A stretch of DNA of 64,000 nucleotides, taken from NCBI GenBank assembly GCA_965228735.1, contig OZ245838.1, forward strand, positions 2,176,001-2,240,000. The letters are read 5' to 3'. The number at the start of each line of letters is the position of its first letter. The stretch's first letter is position 1. Positions 56,762 through 64,000 of this stretch are shown in pieces. The notes under the pieces are model-generated. The model made no database searches. It was not told where the DNA came from and saw nothing but the letters and a program-made list of their open reading frames with translations. The DNA comes from Planctomycetota bacterium (GTDB lineage: Bacteria > Planctomycetota > UBA1135 > UBA2386). Made by a program: the position numbers and the translations under genes.

Positions 56762-59284
56762 TCAATACTCGCCGATCGTGCCCCGCAGACCGTTGCTCGC
56801 GGCCAGCGAGAACGCGTTGACACCGGGCACGAACGCGCCGCCCTGCGCGAACAGATCCATGCCAACGAACGTCGGGCTCATCGGGATCGGCTGCCGGAAC
56901 AGCGGCCGCGGGGCCGGCGTCGGGAAGAACAGCGTCGCCACGCCGCCCGTGTAGATCGTGCAGCCCGGGGCCGCCGGCCCGATGAGCTGGCTCTGCCCGA
57001 CCAGGTCGAGCTGCAGGAACGCGAGCCCGGCCGTGGCCGGCACCCCGTCGAGCGCGAGCACCCAATCGCGGCAGAGGATCGGCCGCGTGAGCGCCGCGAT
57101 CGTGACGCCGTTGCAGCCGCTTCCGAGCGACTCGTTGGTTGCGAATTCCACCGCCGGCTCGGCCGTGAGGTAGAGCAGCGAGAACCGGGAATCCGCGGGC
57201 GCCCCCGTCGGCCCCCAGGTGCGGACGTCGACCATCGTGCCGGTCTGACCGGGCGGTGCCGCGGTCCACGACTCGACCGATGCGTGCGTCGGTGTCGAGC
57301 CGTGCGCCGTGACCTGCACCCCGGCCCCATCGATCGGCGCAACGTTGGGCAGGTGCACCCGATAGTGCCCGGTCGCGAGGCGCATGATCGACTCGGCGTC
57401 GTCGGGCCCGAACGTGCCGTTGCTGTCCGTGTAGGTCGCGTGGGGCGTGTAGCTGCTCGCGGTGGCGTGGTTGGCCCACACGTGGGCGCCCGAGCCCAGT
57501 TCGTCCACCATCGGCGACGCGACCTCGTTGTAGCTGCAGTAGAACCGCCCATCGATCGGGTTGCCCGCGAAGTCGAAGCACCGCACGTTGACGAGCACGT
57601 CCGAGCCGGACGTGTACCACGACTGCACCTTGGCCCGCATCGGGCTGAACGTGAACGGCGTCACCTGCGCGTTGCCGCCCTCGGGACCGGTCGTTCCGAG
57701 ACCGGGGAAGCGCACCTGGTAGACCCCGGTGCCCGATCGTGAGATCACCGGCAGCCCGCGATCGCCGTTCCACGAATGGGCCTCGAGCGGCGTGTGAACG
57801 GGCGCCGTCGGACTCGAGTGCCAGCAGTAGGCCGACTTCTCCCGCCGGTCGCCGTACGCGCAGTAGTAGAACGTGAACGGCGAATCCCCGGTCAGCGCCC
57901 CGCCAGCGGTCCACGTTCGCAGCTGGGCGGTGATGTCACCGCTGTTCGGGCCGCCGGCGGCGACCGCGGCGGTGTGGTTGCTGCCGTGGGCGGTGACGTG
58001 CATCACGCCGAACGAACCGTCGGGCGTCCGCCCAGCACCCGGCACCCGGATCCAGAAGACGCCGGGCGTCGTGCTCTTGGTGATCTCGATCGACTGGCCG
58101 GTGCTCGAGTACTGGTGCGTGCTCGGCGGCGAGAACACCGTGGGCTGCCCCCGCGGATCGACACTGGCCCACGCGATCACCGGTTTGCTGGCCGGCCGAT
58201 TCGTCGTGTAGCGCAGCAGGAAACGCGTATCGACAGGGTTGCCCGCGAACGTGAACGTCTCGACCAGGACCTCCGCGCCGCCACAGCCGTCACCGTTCCA
58301 GCGCTCCAGCGTGGCGTAGTAGTTCGAGAAGCCGTAGGTCGTGACCTGCGCGTTCGAGCTGTTGGCTCCGACGACGCTCGGCAGCGACACGCGGTAGCGC
58401 CCGACGCCGAGACGTTCGATGGTCTCCTCGCCGGCCGGTCCGTCGCGCCCGTTGCTGTAGCGGTACGTCGCGTTGGCGCGGTAGAACGGCTCGGTCGCCT
58501 GGTTCGCGAACAGGTGCGTACCCGAGCCCTCGTACGGATCGATCATGACGTCGGTCTCGTTGTAGCTCAGGATGAAGTAGCCGTCGGCGAGCACGCCATT
58601 GGCGTCATGGGTCCGCACCGTCACGACGAGGTCGGTGCCGATCGCCGACCAGCCGGCGACGTTGGCCCGACTGAGCGACGGGCCCCACGGAGTCACCTGG
58701 GCATGGCCCAGAACGGCCGGGCTATTGGCCAGGCCCGGCAAGAGCACCGCGTACTGCCCCGTCCCGGTCCGCGTGATCGACGGGTCGGCACGGTTGGCGT
58801 TCCACGAGTACGTGAGGTTCGGGACGTAGTTCGCCGTCGTCGGCTGATTGGCCCAGAGGTGAGCCTGCCGCGCGTCGAACCCACCTTCGCACTCGAACGC
58901 GAACGAGAAGTTGGCGTCGTTCGCCGGCGCGCCGGTCGGCGTGTAGAGGAAGATCGTGGCGCGAAGCTCGCCGTTGCTGACCCCCCAGTTGCTGACCACG
59001 GCGATGTGGTTGCCGTCGTGCGCCGTCGCGTGCACGACTCCGCCCGACGGCATTCCCGGCACGCGTACGACGAAGCCGTGGTTGCCGCTCGGATGGCGAT
59101 CGACGACGACCGTCGAACCCGAGGAGGAGTATTGCCACGCCGGCGACGGGACGAACGAGGCGCCCTGATTCGCGGGACTCACCCAGGCCCAGGCCGTGTC
59201 CTGGGCCGTAGCGGCCGCCGTCGTGAACATGGTGACGGCCGCCGTGTACACGGCGGCCAGGAACGTCGTCGGGGATGCTTGCAT
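56762..59284 (-). CDS. Secreted 840-aa protein with six ~115-aa beta-rich modules and a conserved C-terminal domain
   Basis: ATG 59284 with signal peptide (AAATA-Q); internal repeats; C-terminal domain homologous to that of the 1..513 protein. Confidence 0.8.
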   Translation of the reverse strand: MQASPTTFLAAVYTAAVTMFTTAAATAQDTAWAWVSPANQGASFVPSPAWQYSSSGSTVVVDRHPSGNHGFVVRVPGMPSGGVVHATAHDGNHIAVVSNWGVSNGELRATIFLYTPTGAPANDANFSFAFECEGGFDARQAHLWANQPTTANYVPNLTYSWNANRADPSITRTGTGQYAVLLPGLANSPAVLGHAQVTPWGPSLSRANVAGWSAIGTDLVVTVRTHDANGVLADGYFILSYNETDVMIDPYEGSGTHLFANQATEPFYRANATYRYSNGRDGPAGEETIERLGVGRYRVSLPSVVGANSSNAQVTTYGFSNYYATLERWNGDGCGGAEVLVETFTFAGNPVDTRFLLRYTTNRPASKPVIAWASVDPRGQPTVFSPPSTHQYSSTGQSIEITKSTTPGVFWIRVPGAGRTPDGSFGVMHVTAHGSNHTAAVAAGGPNSGDITAQLRTWTAGGALTGDSPFTFYYCAYGDRREKSAYCWHSSPTAPVHTPLEAHSWNGDRGLPVISRSGTGVYQVRFPGLGTTGPEGGNAQVTPFTFSPMRAKVQSWYTSGSDVLVNVRCFDFAGNPIDGRFYCSYNEVASPMVDELGSGAHVWANHATASSYTPHATYTDSNGTFGPDDAESIMRLATGHYRVHLPNVAPIDGAGVQVTAHGSTPTHASVESWTAAPPGQTGTMVDVRTWGPTGAPADSRFSLLYLTAEPAVEFATNESLGSGCNGVTIAALTRPILCRDWVLALDGVPATAGLAFLQLDLVGQSQLIGPAAPGCTIYTGGVATLFFPTPAPRPLFRQPIPMSPTFVGMDLFAQGGAFVPGVNAFSLAASNGLRGTIGEY

Positions 59285-59392
59285 CGCGTCAGTGCTGCGG
59301 GGACATCCGGGCAGCGACAGTCCGCCCAGGCGCGTTCGCGGATTCCGTTTTTGCCGATTCGCCCGCCCGTTGCGTAGGCTCCTGGCCGTTCC

Positions 59393-60937
59393 ATGCGCTG
59401 CCTCATCACGTTGCTGCTCCTGATCGCCAGCTCCTGCGCGACGATCTGCGATATCCACGTTCGCGGCGGACTCGTGGTCGACGGCACCGGCTCGCCGCCG
59501 CGCCGCGCCGACGTGCTGATCCGCGGCGACCGCATCCTCGCGATCGGCAGCCCGACTGCCGTGCAGGCCGAACGCACGATCGACGCGTCCGGCAAGATCG
59601 TGACCCCGGGCTTCATCGACCCTCACGCCCACGGCGACCCGCGGCGCACACCCGGCCTCCGCAACTTCCTCGCGATGGGTGTGACGACGATCTGTCTCGG
59701 CCAGGACGGCAGCTCCCCCGCCGGCGCGGGCCGCGACTTCCGCGCGTGGCTCGACGTCATCGACCGCGGCACGCCGGGATGTCACATCGTGCCGTTCGTC
59801 GGCCATGGCACACTGCGGACGACGGCGGGGATCGCGCTCGGAACGCCGCCGACCGACGCGCAGCTGGCACGCCTGGAGGAACTCGTTACGGCCGCGATGC
59901 AGGCCGGCGCGTTCGGCGTGTCGATGGGGCTCGAGTACACCCCGGGTCGGTTCGCGACTGCGCCCGAGCTCGCGCGCGTGTTCGACGCCACCGCGAAGCA
60001 CGGCGGCGTCGTGATGGCGCACGTCCGCAACGAGGACGACGATGCGATCGAGACCGCGCTGCGCGAGTTCGTCGCGGCGTGCCCGGAGAACGGCCGCGCG
60101 CACGTGGCCCACCTCAAGGTCGTGCACGGTCGCGGCGAGGGTCGCGCGGACGAGATCCTCGCGCTGCTGGAGGACCTGCGCCGCGATCGCCGGGTCACCG
60201 CCGACGTGTATCCCTACGTCGCGAGCTACACCGGCATCGGCATCGTGTTCCCCGCCTGGGCGAAGCCGCCCCACGACTACGCCGCAGTCGTCGCCAGTCG
60301 CCGCGACGACCTCGCGGCCGCGCTGCGCGCGAAGGTGACGGCTCGCAACGGTCCCGGCGCGCTCCTGTTCGGCAGCGGCGAGTTCGGCGGCCGAACGCTC
60401 GCGGATGTCGCCGCCGACGCGGGCCGCCCGTTCGAGGACGTGCTCATCGACCTCGGCCCGAGTGGACCGGGCGCCGCGCACTTCGTGATGGACCGCGCGC
60501 TCATGGAACGCCTGCTCACGGCCGAGCACGTCGTCGTGTCCTCCGACGGCAGTCCGACGATGCGCCACCCGCGGGGCCACGGCGCGTTCGCGCGCGTCCT
60601 GCGTCGGCTCGTCCGCGACCGCGAGCTGCTCCCGATCGAACGCGCGATCCATAAAATGACGGGCGCGACCGCCGCGATCGTCGGACTGCCGCACCGCGGT
60701 GTGCTCGCGGCGGGCAACGTTGCCGACCTGCTCGTGTTCGACCCGAACGCGGTCGAGGACCGCGCCACGTTCGAGAACCCGTTCCAACACGCATCCGGCA
60801 TCGACACGGTCATCGTCGCCGGGGTGGTCGCGCGCGCGGCGGGCGAGTTCAGCGAACAGAACGCCGGGCGATTGCTGCGGCGCGCTGCCCCGGCGCGCCA
60901 GGCGCTCACAGGCGGCCCCTCGAATCACCGCCCATGA
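59393..60937 (+). CDS. N-acyl-D-amino-acid deacylase (amidohydrolase family)
   Basis: GGLVVDGTG, PGFIDPHAH, GVTT...GQDG, GHGTLR, GLEYTPG, AHVRNE, SDG...HPRG.GAF, GNVADLLVFDP. Confidence 0.9.
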   Translation: MRCLITLLLLIASSCATICDIHVRGGLVVDGTGSPPRRADVLIRGDRILAIGSPTAVQAERTIDASGKIVTPGFIDPHAHGDPRRTPGLRNFLAMGVTTICLGQDGSSPAGAGRDFRAWLDVIDRGTPGCHIVPFVGHGTLRTTAGIALGTPPTDAQLARLEELVTAAMQAGAFGVSMGLEYTPGRFATAPELARVFDATAKHGGVVMAHVRNEDDDAIETALREFVAACPENGRAHVAHLKVVHGRGEGRADEILALLEDLRRDRRVTADVYPYVASYTGIGIVFPAWAKPPHDYAAVVASRRDDLAAALRAKVTARNGPGALLFGSGEFGGRTLADVAADAGRPFEDVLIDLGPSGPGAAHFVMDRALMERLLTAEHVVVSSDGSPTMRHPRGHGAFARVLRRLVRDRELLPIERAIHKMTGATAAIVGLPHRGVLAAGNVADLLVFDPNAVEDRATFENPFQHASGIDTVIVAGVVARAAGEFSEQNAGRLLRRAAPARQALTGGPSNHRP

Positions 60938-62582
60938 ACACCCCGGCACTCCGCACCCGATGCGCCATTCGCCCGCGGCGGAGCGGCGCCGTCGTCGGCA
61001 ACACCGCCTCGCGGGCCGCGCGCGTCGCGAGTTCCCAGCGCTTCGCGAGTCGGCGCACGAGGCGTTCGAGCGTTGCCCCGTCCCGCACGTTCGCGAGGCG
61101 GCCGGTCCGGGTTCGCAGCCAACTGAGTTCGTCGTCGTCGCCCTGCTCGATGAGTCGACCAGTCGCGTGGCCTCCGACGGTGAACGCGAACGCGCCGGGG
61201 TAGCCGAGGAACCGTCGGAGGTCGAGCACCGCAGCGCCGCACCACCGCACCAGCCCCTCGATCAGGCGCGCTCGGTGCGCGTCATCGCCGGGCATCGCCG
61301 CGACCTCATCGATCGCCGTCGGCGCAACCAGCTCGACCGCGCCGAGCTCGGAACCCACGAGCCGCGCGCGTTCGAGAACCGCGTTCACGGCGGATAGCGG
61401 CACGATACCGGCGCGACACGACTGGCCGGTCAGTTCGGACTCACGCGCCCACGCAATGCGACTGCCGTCCGATCCGCGGACCTCGGCGAAGCCGTCGTCC
61501 AGCTGCCAGCCGACGCGCAAGCGCGCGGACCCGCGCTCCTTCGACGGCCCTTCCGCCGCGCCCGGTGCGGCTGGCGCGATGACGAGCTGGTGGGCGCGCA
61601 GTTGCTCGACGAGCGCATCGGCAACGGCAACGTGGCCCCGGGCCGTGAAGTGGCCATCGAGGTGGTAGTGGCAGTCAGCGCGCCTCTCCGCGGGCAACCG
61701 GCGCAGCGCGCTCACGACGTCCAGCACGTGCAACCCGTCGTTCGGCCGCGCGAGTTCGGCGAAGCGCTCCTGAAACACCGCCGGCCGCCCTTCCGCGACG
61801 TAGCGCGATGTCGGCAGCGGCACGATCACCACGGGCACCCCGTCAGCAGCCGCATGGAACCGCCGGACCAGTGCGCGCAGCAGCTGCCAGCCCGCGCTGC
61901 GCGGATCCCGGTAGTCGGGGTCCGGCGGCGGCTTGAGGAGCGGAGCGAAGGCGCGCACGACTCGGGCCCGCAGTGCTGCTGCGAGCGATGCCGCGCGCGC
62001 AACGACCGGTGACCGCACCTGCGGGCACGGCGGTTCGATCATCCGATCGCCGCTCTCCGGCACCGGCACGCCGCGAAGCAGCGGCTCCGCCCGTTCGTCC
62101 AGCACGAAGTGCGGTCGCCCCACGCGCCGCAGCCGCCCGGCACGATCGACGATCAGTCGGTCCGCCGACTGGATGCGCTCGATCGTCTGCACTGCGATGC
62201 ACCAGAGAATGAGGCGCGGTCGCGGCGCCCTCCGTTGCTCGAGCTGCAACACGTTCTGATCCGGCCCGTGCCCGGGAACGGCCACGTTCGCAACCGGCTC
62301 ACCGAACCGCCGGGCAACGAGCGCCGTGAAGCGCTCGCCGTTGTCGACGCCGTCGCCGGCCGCGTAGGAGTCGCCGTAGCACTGGATGTGACCGTCGACC
62401 GACAAGGCCGCGAGGTCGAAGTCCTCGCGAAAGCCCTCCACGTTGGTGCGGGCGAAGTAGGCGCCGTGCTCGTGCGGCACGCGCCGCTCGACGCCGGGCT
62501 CGAACGCGTGGCCGAGTGCGGTGTCGTGCCGGATCAACGGGCCGGTGGGACAGAACGGGTGCGGAAACGGGGGCGAGGACAT
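60906..62582 (-). CDS. SGNH/GDSL hydrolase-fold protein with a C-terminal degenerate carbamoyltransferase-like fragment
   Basis: GDSYAAG, N.AVPGHGPDQ, DGHFT.RGH; tail resembles a NodU/CmcH N-terminus. Confidence 0.7.
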   Translation of the reverse strand: MSSPPFPHPFCPTGPLIRHDTALGHAFEPGVERRVPHEHGAYFARTNVEGFREDFDLAALSVDGHIQCYGDSYAAGDGVDNGERFTALVARRFGEPVANVAVPGHGPDQNVLQLEQRRAPRPRLILWCIAVQTIERIQSADRLIVDRAGRLRRVGRPHFVLDERAEPLLRGVPVPESGDRMIEPPCPQVRSPVVARAASLAAALRARVVRAFAPLLKPPPDPDYRDPRSAGWQLLRALVRRFHAAADGVPVVIVPLPTSRYVAEGRPAVFQERFAELARPNDGLHVLDVVSALRRLPAERRADCHYHLDGHFTARGHVAVADALVEQLRAHQLVIAPAAPGAAEGPSKERGSARLRVGWQLDDGFAEVRGSDGSRIAWARESELTGQSCRAGIVPLSAVNAVLERARLVGSELGAVELVAPTAIDEVAAMPGDDAHRARLIEGLVRWCGAAVLDLRRFLGYPGAFAFTVGGHATGRLIEQGDDDELSWLRTRTGRLANVRDGATLERLVRRLAKRWELATRAAREAVLPTTAPLRRGRMAHRVRSAGVFMGGDSRGRL

Positions 62583-62688
62583 CGCGCGGCGCCGGCGCAC
62601 GGTTCCGAGCAGCCGACCCGACGGACGCTACCACCCTCCTGGCCTGAACTCGACCACCACGCGATCAGCGCGCGCCCGGTGGGTCCGT

Positions 62689-63699
62689 CTACCAGCCGCG
62701 CCGTCGCAGCTCGGCGGTCACCGCGCGCGCCACGACCGCGTGACCCGGACCGGACCAATGCCCGCACGGCAACCACAGATCGGACCACCGACCCTCATGC
62801 GGCTCGAACGCGGGGCGCAGCGACAGCGCCGCGATGTCGAGGTCGGCGAGCGCGCGACGCACTCTGTCCGCGTTCGCGACGCCTGACCCCGCAGACGGCG
62901 CGACGTCGATGGTGACCGCGAGCAACTGCGCTCCGCTGCTCTGGACGGCGCTCGCGAGACGGCGCGCCACACCTCGGAACAGCGGCAGCGGATCCATGGT
63001 CTCGTGTCCGTCGGGATACGTCTTCGCCGGGCGGCCGCTTTCGCAGAACTGAGCAACCAGTTCGGTCAGGTAGCTGGCACCGCGCAGCCGAACGAGCCAG
63101 TCGTCGCGCGGGCCGTGGTGCACGAGCTCGTCACCGCGCAACGTGAAGTACGGCTTCGACCATCCGGCCTTGCGATCGGCGCGGATGTCATCGAGATCGT
63201 TCGCGAGACAGATCACCCAGAGCACGACATCCGGCCGGTAACGCTGCCCCCAGGTCTCGAATGCGAGCAACTGCTGGCCCGGTCCCCAGGCCGGCACCGC
63301 GATCGTCACGACTTCGGTCGTCGGTCCCTCGAGCAACTCCGTGAAGCGGTCGCCGTAGTCGACGTTCTGCCCGAAGACGAACGAGTCGCCGAGTGCCAAC
63401 AGTCGACGCTCGGAACCCTGACGCCCGTAACGGTGTTCGGCATCACGCCAACCGTGGGAGTTGGTGGTTCCGGGCTGCGCGTCGGACCACCCGCTGCCGA
63501 TCCGTTCGACTCCGGCGCGAGTACGCCACCCGACGACCGCGTCGAACACCATCGCGCGGTCCTGGCCGGTTGCCCAGGCGATCCCGCGGAGCCCGAGTTC
63601 GGCCACGAGCAACGCGCCGAGCAACGCTCCCGCAACCAGCACGCCGCGCCGGCGGCGCCTCGCAGTTCTTGCAGTTCGGTTGTCCGTCGCCTCGGCCAT
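62689..63699 (-). CDS. Membrane-anchored SGNH/GDSL hydrolase-fold protein
   Basis: TM ending AELGLR, NSHGWRD, LGDSFVFG, WGPGQ, ND, GHWS..GH. Confidence 0.85.
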   Translation of the reverse strand: MAEATDNRTARTARRRRRGVLVAGALLGALLVAELGLRGIAWATGQDRAMVFDAVVGWRTRAGVERIGSGWSDAQPGTTNSHGWRDAEHRYGRQGSERRLLALGDSFVFGQNVDYGDRFTELLEGPTTEVVTIAVPAWGPGQQLLAFETWGQRYRPDVVLWVICLANDLDDIRADRKAGWSKPYFTLRGDELVHHGPRDDWLVRLRGASYLTELVAQFCESGRPAKTYPDGHETMDPLPLFRGVARRLASAVQSSGAQLLAVTIDVAPSAGSGVANADRVRRALADLDIAALSLRPAFEPHEGRWSDLWLPCGHWSGPGHAVVARAVTAELRRRGW

Positions 63700-63775
63700 C
63701 GGCCCGGATGCTAATGCCGGCAGGGCGCGGCTTCACCTTGGCTGCGGCGCGCCCCGGACGCGCTGCGGCGATTCC

Positions 63776-63826
63776 GCCCAGTAGTGATGAGCCCAGTAGT
63801 GATCAGCGCAGTAGTGATCAGCGCAG
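63776..63826. repeat. 15-bp tandem repeat containing the stop codon of the terminal gene
   Basis: GCSCAGTAGTGATSA three times (63776, 63791, 63806). Confidence 0.85.
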
Positions 63827-64000
63827 CGGCACCAACGTGCCGCCACCGCCGATCGTCCAACCCCACGGCGCGCTCGCGGCAGCGCTCGAGACGGTAATCG
63901 TCTGGCGCATCTTGCGAGCCTCCGCGTTGTCCGGGTCGAGCGCGAGGACCTGGTGGACCCACTCCATCGCGCCGAGATAATCGCTCCGCATCGCCAGCGT
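63818..64000 (-). CDS. C-terminal fragment of a TPR-containing protein (5' truncated; not in the ORF track)
   Basis: Manual translation: TLAMRSDYLGAMEWVHQVLALDPDNAEARKMRQTITV...LVPLR*, with the TPR-like VLALDPDNAEA. Confidence 0.65.
   Translation of the reverse strand, partial: TLAMRSDYLGAMEWVHQVLALDPDNAEARKMRQTITVSSAAASAPWGWTIGGGGTLVPLR

Noticed and set aside
59285..60949. N-terminal 555 aa of the 1395-aa ORF-track call
   Set aside because: It is mostly the antisense shadow of the deacylase gene. A signal peptide begins at ATG 59284.
63711..63962. 83-aa ORF-track call with LITT repeats
   Set aside because: It is an alternate frame across a tandem repeat. The TPR-like frame ending at 63818 is more plausible.

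Overview
GC-rich (roughly 70% by eye) bacterial chromosomal segment. Gene content points to Planctomycetota by inference: a DUF1549/DUF1553-DUF1501-planctomycete cytochrome c cluster, a membrane-anchored ECF sigma factor, a TsaC-LMW-PTP fusion and a sulfatase. Housekeeping genes are mnmG, tig-clpP-clpX-rlmN, accA, lpxD, PTS IIA and type III glnA. Also present: a partial type II secretion locus (gspD-E-F) facing a PilX/GspK-like gene, an ECF/anti-sigma/PDZ triad, an HK/NtrC pair, an AsmA/DUF748 operon, an RND pair, hydrolases and two SGNH proteins. I saw no rRNA, tRNA, CRISPR array, transposase or integrase. Main unexplained signals: (1) a ~120-aa C-terminal domain ending in SN[GA]+beta-strand, clearly shared by two otherwise dissimilar proteins and present as a looser variant in a third, a candidate lineage-specific secretion/sorting domain; (2) one carrier has an (ABC)x2 array of six ~115-aa beta-rich modules; (3) near-perfect 42-bp and 28-bp fold-back copies of the 3' ends of gspF and glnA that capture the UGA stop; (4) a cluster of six GNA-triloop mini-hairpins with a compensatory change; (5) frequent short tandem duplications at stop codons and in linkers; (6) two candidate structured non-coding elements. 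All family calls come from motif recognition by eye, not database searches.
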